A stretch of 64,000 bases of DNA from the NCBI GenBank assembly GCA_964016885.1, contig OZ024743.1:87048001-87112000 (forward strand). Reading direction: 5' to 3'. Positions within the stretch are counted from its first letter, which is position 1. The number at the start of each line of letters is the position of its first letter. A program made the position numbers and the translations under genes. The notes under the pieces were generated by a model, which worked only from the letters and a program-made list of their open reading frames with translations, was not told the origin of the DNA and did not search any database. The DNA is from Eledone cirrhosa (taxonomy: Eukaryota). This document shows positions 16,339 to 29,592 of this stretch, piece by piece.

Positions 16339-17119
16339 TATTTTAGTTTTAGTTTCTTTTTTCTCATCCGATCTATCTAAATCCCAACATTTTATGTAAT
16401 TTGTGTTTGTTATGTCTCTTCATTTGGGGTCCTTGTGACAAATAAAAGGAATTATTGTGTTCTGAGTTCAAATCCCTCCAAGGTTAGCTTTGCCTTTCAT
16501 CGTTGCGGGGTCGATAAAATAAAGTACCAGTCGAGCACTGGGGTTGATTTAATCGACTTTTCCCCTCCCCTTCAAATTGCTGGCCTTGTGACTAAATCAG
16601 AAACCATGTGGATTGGCAGTATCGATAGAGCGCCGGAAACCCTGCTTTGCAGCAAAGAGTTACGGCCCTATACGTTCTGAGTTCGAATCCCGCCTAGGTT
16701 AGCTTTGCTTTTCTTCCTTACGGAGTCAATAAAATAAAGCAGCAGTAATGCACTGTGGTCGATTTAATCGACTTTCCCCTCTCCTTCAAATTGCTAGCCT
16801 TGTGCCTAAAGTAGAAACAACTATTATTATTGTTGTCGTTGTTGTTGTACTTCTGTTTCAACGGGTTTGTCCTATGTCGATTATGATGTCGAAAGAGCAA
16901 GTGATAACAAAGGTGTCCTACACATTATACACATTACAAACATTAGTGGTGATAAACCTCAAGAAATGTATTCATATTGTCTACAATATTAACAGTTTCC
17001 ACATCAAAGAAACGCACGATGTTGGGCAATATTATCGGCAGCATTTCTCTTTGATGGGTTTTTCAACACCAAAATACTTCTTCTGTGCATCATCCATGAA
17101 AACAGCCTATCCTCATTAT

Positions 17120-17930
17120 TTATTCTTATCCAGTTATTTAGATATCCTCTCATGCAGTGATATGAATCTCCTTAACCAATATCCTTGAACGCCATAGTGG
17201 CCTAGGGCTTTCCAAATGGTAGTTTTGCTACTCTCTTTAATGACTATCATATCATATAAAGTATAGTTCATTATATTTTCCTGCATATTGATTGTTATTT
17301 CATCTCTAAATCTCTTTAACCATTCAGCTTCGGCATTATGAATCTTTTCTTTGCTTCAAATTTTTCTCCAAAACTTCTTACTTTCTTCCATATCGGGTAT
17401 TACTAGTTCTTGGTTTACATTTCCATTCCATACATTATATATCCGTTTCTGATCCAATTCATTACACAGTATTGTATCTATTGGTTTATTTTTTGTTCGT
17501 ATCTTTTGGTATTGCTTGCCAAATACTCTATTTCGACCCCTTACAGATGTTATATCGTTCTTTTTTTATGCTCGATTTTCTTTCTAAATTCGTCTAAGTC
17601 TCTGGGGGATTTCAGATGAACTTTTCTTTGTCTCTTCAATACATCTACATCGCATCTCAATACTTTTATATCCTCTTTTATTATCTCTTCTTTTCCTGTG
17701 GTTCTTGGGATGTCTTTAAAACCAAACACATTTGCCCCATATTGATCTCAGCTATATTTCTGCTGTTTACATGGGGGATAATTCTATTTACATTTTTGGT
17801 TATCTTTTGCAGTTCAGCTCTATCGACTTTCTTAAATGTTTTTCTGCCAGCAAAATCTTTCTTTAACATGATTTGAACAATTTCCCTCGGGAGTTTTTGG
17901 TCTCTCCCCACTTAATCCATTACATACATA
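17120..17930 (-). pseudogene. Decayed non-LTR retrotransposon ORF, R4/Dong-like
   Basis: Minus-strand peptides KEKIHNAEAEWLKR and IWKALGHYGVQGYWLR resemble the NWKAPGPDGVQGYWLK motif ahead of R4-clade RT domains. Confidence 0.55.
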
Positions 17931-18513
17931 CTCTCCATCTCCCCTACCTCCACCTCTGCACCTCTATCTCACTCTCAAACTGTTTATTTCCCTGACAGTT
18001 ATCCACCATATCGTTCCTTTCACTTTTACTTACTACACCATCTATATTTGCCTGCAAAATACTTACCGTCTTTATCCCAATAGTTACAACTACATATTCT
18101 TTCTTATTTGTCTGACTTAGTGACAAATTGTTTCTTTGTTTGGTAGCAGAAAAATACAAAAATAAACAAACATTTCTTACTTACCACTCTCTGAATTCGT
18201 GGCCTGCATTCTTTTTTACAGGGTGACTTCTATAATAATGTGAAAACGCAAAAAATGTCACATATCAGGTGATGCCTGTGCTTGAAGCTTTTTTAAGTGA
18301 GGAAAGGCTTTTCACGGGGCCAATCCCACTCTCTGAACATCGAATACATTTACTCAAAAAAGAAGAACTGGTCTATATCATTGGATGCAAACGAAGTCGC
18401 AGGTTCTATATCAGAGTGACCTTCTCCTAGAGAGATGCCTTAATGAAGACTAGGATTCTCTCGCTCCGCAAAAGGACACATATATACACACACGCGCACA
18501 CACGCACGCACGC

Positions 18514-18565
<52 letters not shown>

Positions 18566-18566
18566 G

Positions 18567-18603
<37 letters not shown>

Positions 18604-18713
18604 TTCAAGGTTCAAGATATACAGGTAGTCCAGTGTTTTTTTCCTATTTTTGGGGGCGTTCCTTTCTCTTCTTACTCTTTAGCTTTCTATTCTATCTTTT
18701 ATTTCAAACTCTA

Positions 18714-18750
18714 TCTTCTGATGAGGGACTAGTGTCTGAAACGTTAAACT
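18714..18750 (+). ncRNA. Minimal HHR family E. Copies: 18714-18750, 23767-23803, 59387-59422 (G12A), 59648-59682(-), and a half at 37322-37342
   Basis: Consensus TCTT-CTGATGA-A-GGAC-TAGT-GTCY-GAAAC-GTT-AAGA, followed by tttcaagcgttaaactaatata. Confidence 0.75.
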
Positions 18751-18946
18751 AATATATTTCTTCAATGCATTGTGCCATTTGCTTTCTTATTTCTCTTTAC
18801 ATGTGAGAACACATATTTGAGGAGCTCCCGATTCCAGAGTCAGGAACGGACATTTTTTTATCGTTTCTCGAGCTGAACGGCAGTGAAACATATGTAATAT
18901 GTAACTAAATATGTATATGATGCAACACTGATTCTTTGTTCCCATC

Positions 18947-19016
<70 letters not shown>

Positions 19017-19048
19017 GTATAATGTATAATAAACAATACAATATAATG

Positions 19049-19118
19049 ACCTCATTACCAGAGGTTTCCCGAATAAGACGAATACAAGAAACGTCCTCAT
19101 TCGTTCGTCAGACAAGGC
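19049..19118 (-). ncRNA. Type-I HHR
   Basis: GCCTTGT-CTGACGA-A-CGAATGAGGACG..CGTCTTATTCG-G-GAAA-CCTCTGG-TA-ATGAGGT; GUA cleavage site. Confidence 0.8.
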
Positions 19119-19739
19119 AATTTAAAACAGTGAAATATTTGGAAAATCTCCTCAAGAAAGACAAAAGTTTAACGGGCAAAAAAATATATAAATAAAAGTA
19201 ATGCAAGAGATATATAAAAATAAAATAAGGAAATATAGTAAGGGTATGTGTATAAATGTGTGTATATGCACCTACAAATGTACATATGTGTGTATGTTCA
19301 AATGCACGTGTATAGTGAAAAAATGTGTGCGTAAGTACATACATGTGAGCAAGCATATCAGTGTATGTGTGACCACAAATACGTATATAATATATGTTGA
19401 AAAAAGAAATTGTAAGATAATAGAGTTAACGTACATACAGACTCAGGGACTAAGGATTGAAATATATACACATACAAGGATGAAAGCACGCGTATAAACA
19501 TACACACACGCGCAACCACATACATGCAAGTGATATATACAGGGAAGGGAGTGTATCAGTCAAAGCAGTGTCAGGCTGAGGGTCGATACAGATATAAAAA
19601 TAAAAATATGTAAATAAAATAATATATAAGAATAAAAAAATTAAATCAAAGAGAAAGTATGAGGGAGGGGTTATCAATTATAAAGTAATACTAGAAAAAA
19701 TAAATAAAAAGTAGAAAACATACAGATCCCGGTTTTAAA

Positions 19740-20280
19740 AAAAAACAGCGATAATATTGCTTTATGCTGAACTCCATATCTTTTGTTGAGTTTTTTTCGG
19801 AATGTTTTGACTCATTCTGACGCCACTATCCCTGTTCTCCATGTGTGTTTATTATCTTAATTCCGCACGAGGTGTAACTAGCTTTTAAATATCCTTTTGG
19901 CATATTTTAGCAGTGGTTTTGGTTAACGTGTTGAGCTCTACTGATGAACGACTCCAACCGTGACTAACTCCACTGAAAGGTTTCGTGAAATAGTATTTTT
20001 AAGACTATATAGACCATTTGTAGTTTTCCCAAATTGAAGGATGAGTATTTACTCTTAATTTTATTCTGAGTTAAGATTCTATTGTTTTTTCCCTGGATTA
20101 CATAAAATTTGTGGATAAAATTTCTGTCTTGACTTTTTTTGAATTGGGATTGAATTATTTTCCCATATCTTACGTTAAATATTTTCCATTTTGACGTTAT
20201 AGTGACTTATATATTATGAAATACTGTTGGCTTCTTGCTCACATTAATTTCTCTATTTTCATTTATATTTTCATTTATAT
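19740..20280 (+). mobile_element. ~550-bp HHR element family F. Copies: 19740-20280, 31700-32202, 38452-39010. HHRs: 19935-20015, 31862-31942, 38682-38760
   Basis: GCTCTR-CTGATGA-ACGA..TCGY-GAAA-TAGTCTT..AAGACTA-TH-YAGAGC in three diverged, colinear copies. Confidence 0.88.
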
Positions 20281-20512
20281 ATAAAACAAAATATATATAT
20301 CTATATACACGTACAAACAAAAGCACATACATGCGTACATACATACAAAACATACAAAAGCGCGCATACATACACACGATACACATATATATACATACAT
20401 GTACATCTAATCACACGCACGCACGCGACCATATACATATATATAAGTATATGTGTATATATATATATATATGTGTGTATAACTATATGTGTGTGTATAT
20501 ATATATGTATAA

Positions 20513-20557
<45 letters not shown>

Positions 20558-20753
20558 TATATGTATATATAGGAACGATCGACTTTCGTCAAATCGGACC
20601 GAGGGAACAATGTTTCCGTTGGTCTTTCCAATTGCTAATACTATCTATCGGTCGCAACTCCAGGTAGAAGGAGCATCGCCTGGTCCAGGAATCGAACTTA
20701 CAACCTTACGATTGCGAATCCAATTATCTAACCACTCAGCCACACGCCTTATG

Positions 20754-20794
<41 letters not shown>

Positions 20795-20884
20795 ATAAAT
20801 ATATGTGTGTATATATGTATATGTATAAGTATATGTGTGTGTATATATATATATATATACACACATATACTTATACATATATAT

Positions 20885-21693
<809 letters not shown>

Positions 21694-22317
21694 TATACTT
21701 ATACATATGCGCAGATGTGTGGTTAAGTAGTTCGCTTCACAACAACATGGTTTCAAGTTTACTTTCACTCTGTAGTACCCTGGGCGAATGACTTCTGTGA
21801 TAACCTCTGGACCACTCCTCTCACACATAAGCCCCTATAGCAATTACATAACACCACAACATACAGACACACATTCGCCATTGTTCTCAAAGCATCGGCA
21901 GACACTTTCCGATATCAGCCAGTATTCGATGCAATCGATATTTTAAGCAATATACAGGGGAAAAAAATCGATAAAAATTGATTTTTGGAGGGCTGTGATT
22001 TTGTATTTAATATTCAGGGACATATGACTGTAAGTGTGTATGCATAAGTATGTATGTAATGTATGTAATGTATGATGTATGTATGTAATGTATGTATGTG
22101 AGTATGTATGGATGTATGTATGTATGTCTGCATATATGTATATATGCATATGTATGGTGTGTGTGTGTGTACGCGTATACGCATGTGTGTATAAGTATAT
22201 AAACATGTAGGGTCATATATTATAGAGCGAAATGGGTAAAACGATAATAGAAGAAAGGTTTGACACGCACACACGCATTTATATGTGTGGTCCTATATAT
22301 AGACATATATTCTTATA

Positions 22318-22901
22318 TTAGCAGAAAAACCATCCTTCGTGTGGTTTTCTGCTAGCATGTCTAGTGTTGTGCATATTGATATCATACGCAAATATATATG
22401 CATGTAGATATGATACCTCAGATAAAATCGTAATTGATAATATGTACAGAAATTGAACGTAGTCTGTGTTACATTCTCTTCTGTAATCAGTAAAGTAATC
22501 TATAATACATTTAAAAACGACGATATCTATAAACTGCATATATAATAAACTAAAATGTTATGAAAATGAAAAAGGAGAAAATTAGCGACGGAAATATAAA
22601 CTTTATATAACGATGCAAATATATGAACGCTTATATAAGCGATGTGATAAATGTTATGATATAACGGAAGCTAACCGGAAGTGTTGACATTTGAAAATTT
22701 TAAAGAAGTGAATTTTAAAATAAGCAATACTTATATATAAGAATATTTATGTTTAATTAAGAGCTACGAAATTTAGTTGATAAATCATATAATATTCATT
22801 AATTTTTTATTCAAAGTAATCCAACTTATTTTACTAACGGGATAAAAAAAAAATATAAAACAGATGCTCTCCCGCACTCCTCCCTTTATTATAGTATAGA
22901 T
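22318..22901 (-). mobile_element. Possible non-autonomous Helitron
   Basis: Minus strand starts a|tctatactataataaag (TC 5' end). The other end has the hairpin tagcagaaaaacca..tggttttctgctag. Confidence 0.4.
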
Positions 22902-22904
22902 AAG

Positions 22905-23466
22905 TCAATCACTTCACCTATCTGGGTAGCATCCTGGCAAGCAATGGCGACGCAGAGCTCGACATCAACTGTCGGATCGGCAAAGGAGCTGCAGTTTTCC
23001 AGCGGTGGCACCCAGTCTGGTCGTCTTCATGCATCAGCACCAGGACCAAGCTGCGCCAGTACAATAGCATCGTGCTGCCGACAGTGCTTTACGCGAGCGA
23101 AACCTGGAAATGCACGGAAATATAGAGAGACGGCTGAACACTTTCCACCAGCGGTGCCTGCGAATGATCCTTCGTGTGTCCTGGCGCGACCAAGTGCGAA
23201 ACGAGGAAACCCTGCGGAGAGCCGAGTCATGGACGCTACAGAGGATGGTCACGGAGTGCCGGTGCTGCCTGGTTGACCATATTCTGCGCCTACCCGACGA
23301 ACGACACTCGAAAACAGCAATGATCTGGGCTCCACGTTCCGAAAAGACCTGATGGCAGCCAACATCACTTGGCACGGATGCAAAAAAAAAACGCCGCTGA
23401 TCGTGACCGTTGGCGACTACTTACTGCCTGATGCGCCGTACGGCGCGGAAGAACCTAAGACTAAGA
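22905..23466 (+). pseudogene. RTE LINE 3' fragment
   Basis: Peptide RRLNTFHQRCLRMILRVSWRDQVRNEETLRRA..GH-like..RLPDERHSKTAMIW. Ends in ctaagactaag. Confidence 0.85.
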
Positions 23467-23489
23467 ATATATATATATATCCAGGGAGT

Positions 23490-23690
23490 GTAACGGCTAA
23501 AAAGTTTATAGGCAGACTATGAAGGATTGATGTTAAAACTCTGAAATCAAGCATGCATTAATTTCAACTATTCTTATTAATGATTGCATTGTTCCTATCC
23601 AGAGACTAATAAACCTCATTCGGTCATTCCACGAGATTATCTTAGTCAGCATTTGAACATTTCGGCCTATGAATTTTTCGGCCAATCCTT
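23490..23690. mobile_element. mariner-like MITE
   Basis: Imperfect TIRs ggctaaaaagtttataggc / gcctatgaatttttcggcc, plus an internal gtcagcatttgaacattt repeat of the TIR. Confidence 0.5.
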
Positions 23691-23894
23691 CCCTTTTTTC
23701 TCCTTTTTTCCCCGTTCGTCTCTCACCTAACTCTTTATCTTTCTATTTCATCTTATTTCTAACTCTATCCTCTGATGAAGGTCTGGTGTCCGAAACGTTA
23801 AGACTCTTTTCCTGCTGTTTCAAGCGTTAAACTAATATATTTCTTCAATGTAGTATATCGTTTGACTTGTTATTTCTGTTTAATTTTCATCCCC

Positions 23895-23984
<90 letters not shown>

Positions 23985-23992
23985 TATAAATA

Positions 23993-26260
23993 TATATTTA
24001 TTAAAATAACAGATTAAAGTTTAAGCAAAGAATCGCTGCTTTCACCCTTAACGGGATCTTCTGAAACTAACAAAGTCAATCTGTAAACGCAGAACTGGAT
24101 ATTTCAAAAAACGTTGCAACCGGAGGAAGACAGGAAGACGATACTTTGGTTCGTGGTAACGTTCGCTGGCAAAGAACGGGAAAAAACGAATAATACGTCA
24201 TTAATAGGAGCGGTGAAAAACAATTACGCGCAAAGACAAAACCACGTTTATGGTATAAAAGAGGTCGTAGACTAATGTTCTCTTAGGTGGTGCATAGAGA
24301 CGTTCTCTGGCAATGAACGAAAAAACGAAGATAATAAGTCATATGTGGAGCGTGGAGAACAATAGCATGCAAAGACAAAACCACGTAAATGGTATAGCAG
24401 AAATCGTAGACTAAAATTCTAACTAGGAGACCAAATGAATCTCCGCTACAGAGTTAAGAACAAAGTAAATAAATACAATACAGAGATAATAGAAACAAAT
24501 AAATACATACACGCAAACAGATACGTACATACACAAGCATACGCAAAACCTTAGTCTTCAATTTTATTATTATTACTATTTGGCTTCTTCGGTTGAGCAC
24601 TCTACTGACTTATATTCATCATGCAGAAACAACATCTAAATATTTCTACAAAGAACATACCCGTACCAAGCAGGAAAACATACCTAAAACTCCTGATACA
24701 GAAAACAGACGCGTTCATTAAAAGGTTGCGCTGGTGTGCCTTTTATTTCGATAATCCGCGAAAAGCAGACAACAAACAGGATAAATTTGGATTTATAACC
24801 TATAATAACCCTCCGTGGAACCCAGCATTGCTACCCTTCGAAAATGATGTCTTGGAACTCATTCGGAATATCAAATTTCGGAATAGGAGCAATTCCTTCC
24901 AGCTAGACCTGAAGAATAGAATTCGTTCTATTAAGGATTCTAACGCAGTGCACGTCCATTCCGACAAAACTGGCAACCTATATCAAGTGGAGCGCAGTAC
25001 TTACCATCAACTACTACATAATGCTATAACTAAGGATTACCGTAAAACTAATCGGTGCGTCATCAATGAAATCAACGATGCTGGGTTTAAAATCACATCT
25101 GATCTCAACATCCTGGACCGGACCGAACCTCTGGACACTATCTCTCCCCACTTTACCCTGAAGGATCACAAATCCAATTTTCCGAACAACCCCTCTATTC
25201 GGCTTATTAACCCTACGAAGTCCGATTTAGGTAGACTTAGTAAAACGATTCTTGATAGAATTATACCTGAAATTAGAAGTTTGGCCCCTCTCGCACTGTG
25301 GAACAATTCTTTCGCGGTGATTGATTGGTTCAACGGCATATGTAACAAGGAACATTGCCGTTTTATCCAATTCGACATCAACAATTACTACTCCTCCATC
25401 ACTTTACCACTTCTCCTTAGAGCTATCAATTTCGCTAAAACACTCACAGTGGTTAAGGATTTTGAAGTTGATGTCATCCTTAATGCCCGAAAGTCGGTGA
25501 TTAATTTCGACGACTCTACTTGGATTAAAAAATACAATAGTACCCCATTCGACGTGAGTATGGGCGCCAGTGACTCTGCGGAGGTTACTGATCTTATTGG
25601 CCTTTTCCTTCTTTTCTCTATCAAGGACGAATTCCCCAACGCGGGCGGTGGTTTGTACCGTGACGATGGTCTTTTGACCATGACTAAGTGCGGACCTCGT
25701 GCTTGCGACAGGTTTAGAAAAGAACTCAAAGCCTTCTTTAAAGGCTTCAACCTCTCTATACAGGTTGAGGCTAATCTCTCGGTCGTTAATTACCTCGACG
25801 TTACCCTCAATTTATTGAATGGGTTGTATTACCCGTATAGAAAGCCGAATGATACGCTTAATTACATAAGTAAGCATTCCAACCAATCCTGCCAGCATAA
25901 CCAAGAACCTGGTAAGAAACGTTTCGTTGAGGCTTTCCCGTCTTTCCACCAACGAGCGCATTTTCAACGACCATTCCACTTATTACAATGAAGCTCTTGC
26001 TCGAAGTGGATTTGTCGATAAGGTAGCATATACAGAGTACGAAAATAGACCTAGAAGAAATAGATCCCGTCGCATTTGTTGGTTTAACCCACCATATAAT
26101 ATGGAGGAAGATCCCGTTAAGGGTGAAAGTAGCGATTCTTTGCTTAAACTTTAATCTGTTATTTTAATAAATATTTGCTCTACGGTTCTTATATATTTGA
26201 TATATATTTTCCTTATCGAGCCCTCTTTGGATTTTAGTCTTCAATTTTATTATTATTACT
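23993..26260 (+). mobile_element. Penelope-like element (Naiad-like): inverted upstream terminal repeat at 23993-24550 and a 3' terminal repeat at 26106-26260
   Basis: The RT ORF is flanked by inverted copies of gaagatcccgttaagggtgaaag..gcttaaactttaatctgttattttaataaata. Both ends lie in (TA)n. Confidence 0.9.
24621..26100 (+). pseudogene. PLE reverse transcriptase, frameshifted near 25885; GIY-YIG domain absent
   Basis: Motifs KNIPVPS..FIKRLRW, SDKTGN, FDINNYYSSI, FDVSMGASDSAEV, GLYRDDGL, YLDVTL and YRKPN. The second frame gives YNEALARSG..WFNPPY, then jumps into the terminal repeat. Confidence 0.9.
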
Positions 26261-26500
26261 ATATATAAATATATATATATATATATAAGAAGAAGAAATT
26301 GACGGGACTAGCATAAGGTTTCCATGCCAGTACCGGAAGCATCTCAGTGTACTCAATAGGCATGATTATCTAAAAATCCCAGAGTATACACAAAGTCATT
26401 TGCCTCAATACAACACACGTAAATGGGTACCATAAATCTATACCCGTACTCGAGTTTCGGCTATACTTAATACAGAAAGAGAGCGTACACACACACACAT

Positions 26501-26534
<34 letters not shown>

Positions 26535-26536
26535 GT

Positions 26537-26627
<91 letters not shown>

Positions 26628-26631
<4 letters not shown>

Positions 26632-26880
26632 AAGGTTAAACAAGGTTCAATGAATAAATCAAAGAATGAGTTTTACAATAGATTGGAAGCACTCAACAGT
26701 ATTTGTTTTCCAGAGTTATTAATATTAATTCAAAATATTAACAAAAATAGAACTTCTTGTGATCAAGTATATTTTATTATACATATTTCAGAAGTACTGA
26801 GTTAACTTCAACAGTACGTCCTCATCAGATACGTCATTCATATAGTAGGCCGAATTGGCTTGCACACCGCCAGAGATTCG
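26628..26880 (-). mobile_element. PLE terminal module with HHR at 26775-26831
   Basis: TAT-CTGATGA-GGACGTACTG..CAGTACTTCT-GAAA-TATGTA-TA-ATA, then AATAAA and TTGAGTGCT before (TA)n. Confidence 0.75.
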
Positions 26881-27539
26881 ATTTTACTAAGTATCCAATT
26901 ATATATATAAGTAAAAACAAAAAACAAAAACAATAACGAAGAGTGCAGTTCGAACAGTGTTAGTATTAGGTTCACGCTTGAGATTGGGGGGTGGAGGACG
27001 ACGTTTCGGGCATAAGTCCTTCATCAGGAGAGAAGTGGGAAAGAAAAGAGTTCCGAGGGTGTGAGGGGGAGTGGTGGAAAGGCATTAAAAGGCGGAACAA
27101 ATTAAAAGGAAGGAAAAAAAATTAAAATGAGGGAAAAAATTAAAATGAAAACAAGTGGTGAAAGGGTGTGAGGCGTGTGGAGGTGGTGGTGTATGGATGG
27201 AGGGGGGGTCCGAGCGGTGAGGGCGGAAGGTGATGTGTGTGTATGTGTGTAGGTGTACGTGTGTGTGTATGTGTGGATGTGAGTGTGAGAGTTTGGGGAA
27301 GAACAAAGTTCCATGTTCGGGTAATAGGAAAACCAGTGTGTAAGTGGGGTGTAAGTCAGTGTGTGTGGATGGAGAGGGAAGAGACGGAGCTTAAAGAATA
27401 GAATGGACACAGCTTTGACGTTTCCTCACTCACTCAATAATCAATTAAGTTCGTATTATCAGAATACAAACCCAGCTGGTGTTTGGTTTGCACACATAAT
27501 TTAATCCGTGAGGAAGACGACCTATTACATATCGTTGAG

Positions 27540-27569
<30 letters not shown>

Positions 27570-27575
<6 letters not shown>

Positions 27576-28583
27576 GGAAAAGAATGAAATGAAACGAATT
27601 AAGCCGTACAGTGTTCGGCAACCATTGTCGCCCTTTTGTTCAACACTGACAAAGGAACGATGAACTAGTTTCAAGCTTATTAGCTATCGTCAGCATCGTA
27701 TACCTTCCTGTCAGATGATTGAACGTTTGAAAGTATATACTTTCCTTATGCATATTAACGGCTGAGCAGCCTAATTTGCATATCGAGTGAGTTAGTCGGC
27801 CGGGCGTACCGAAAATAATAAATGGAAAAGAATGAAATGAAATTTCATTTCTCACTCTTAGTACGGCTGATACTTAAATGTAAGTATGTACGCGTACATA
27901 CATATATGTATACAGACGTACAGTAGTATGTATATATATACATACATGCACATATATATATATGTACGTATGGGTTTACCGAACATTTATTATAATGTTC
28001 CGTTTGTTTGTAAACAAACAGCCCGAATTAAGCCGTACAGTGTTCGGCAACCATCGTTGCCCTTTTGTTCAACACTGACAAAGGAACGATGAACTAGTTT
28101 CAAGCTTATTAGCCATTGTCAGCATCGTATACCTTCCTGTCAGATGATTGAACGTTTGAAAGTATATACTTTCCTTATGCATATTAACGGCTGAGCAGCC
28201 TAATTTGCATATCGAGTGAGTTAGTCGGCCGGGCGTACCGAAAATAATAAATGGAAAAGAATGAAATGAAATTTCATTTCTCACTCTTAGTACGGCTGAT
28301 ACTTAAATGTAAGTATGTACGCGTACATACATATATGTATACAGACGTACAGTAGTATGTATATATATACATACATGCACATATATATATATATGTACGT
28401 ATGGGTTTACCGAACATTTATTATAATGTTCCGTTTGTTTGTAAACAAACAGCCCGAATTAAGCCGTACAGTGTTCGGCAACCATCGTTGCCCTTTTGTT
28501 CAACACTGACAAAGGAACGATGAACTAGTTTCAAGCTTATTAGCCATCGTCAGCATCGTATACCTTCCTGTCAGATGATTGAA
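27570..28583 (-). mobile_element. Retrozyme-like tandem array: 429/431-bp unit, ~2.3 copies, HHRs at 27657-27699, 28086-28128 and 28517-28559
   Basis: Near-identical direct repeats. Minus strand ACGATG-CTGACGA-T-RGCT-AATA-AGCT-T-GAAA-CTAG-TT-CATCGT. Confidence 0.9.
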
Positions 28584-29126
28584 TAATTCGGGCAGTATAT
28601 GAACATATATATTTTTTACTTACTTCAATCTAGATTCTAACTTGTAATTTCTTTTTAATTTTTAGTGTTAATTTCCAACTCTCATTCATAATTTCCACTG
28701 TGAAACCATAATACCTAGAAATAAGTATATATTCTCTTAGCAGTTGATGGTCAATTCTACTGTCCATACTTAATTTAGGGGTAGTAGTGAAAGCTATTGA
28801 TACTCGGCCCAAAGCTAGTGGAGGTGGGAGAGTATGATACTCATACTCTCCCACCCCACTAGCTTTGGGCCGACTGCCACTAACAGGGTGGCTAGCAGTA
28901 AGCTGTAACCGTGTCATATTACAGGCGTGGATGGGGTCATTGTTTGGTCGTAGAACTCTGCGGTAGTTGATGGTCAACTTCCTTCGGACTTGCGCCTGCG
29001 CAGACCGGTGGGGGTGAATTGGGACTTACAAGGGAACGGGTGAAGAACTCAAGAGCACACACTTTGTCCGTTCCCATGTCGATTCAATTTGGATTGCCTG
29101 GGAAACATAACCTTATTATGTAACAA

Positions 29127-29201
29127 GCTGTCTGATGATGTCACAGCACTGGGCGCACCGAACCGCGTGGCCACTGTTGTCATTGAAATATGTATCACAG
29201 C
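29127..29201 (+). ncRNA. Type-I HHR with a long stem II
   Basis: GCTGT-CTGATGA-TGTCACAGCA..TGTTGTCATT-GAAA-TATGTA-TC-ACAGC, followed by ATTAAA. Confidence 0.8.
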
Positions 29202-29260
29202 ATTATTATTAAAGGACTTTAACATCTGAAATTCATACACACACACACAACGCGCGCACG

Positions 29261-29414
<154 letters not shown>

Positions 29415-29592
29415 AGAAAAAATAGAATCAGTGTTGCAACGAAAGGAATTTATTGGACATATTACAATATGTCCAATAAATTCCTTTCGTCGCAACACTG
29501 ATTCTATTTTTTCTGTGATATCATACTCTGCCCTACGAGGGCATTGAGTGCTCATACAGCCTACCGCATACGGACGTTTTAAGTATCCATGT

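Noticed and set aside
20675-20750. tRNA gene
   Set aside because: A and B boxes are present but the acceptor stem does not close. It matches the SINE heads seen elsewhere in the window.
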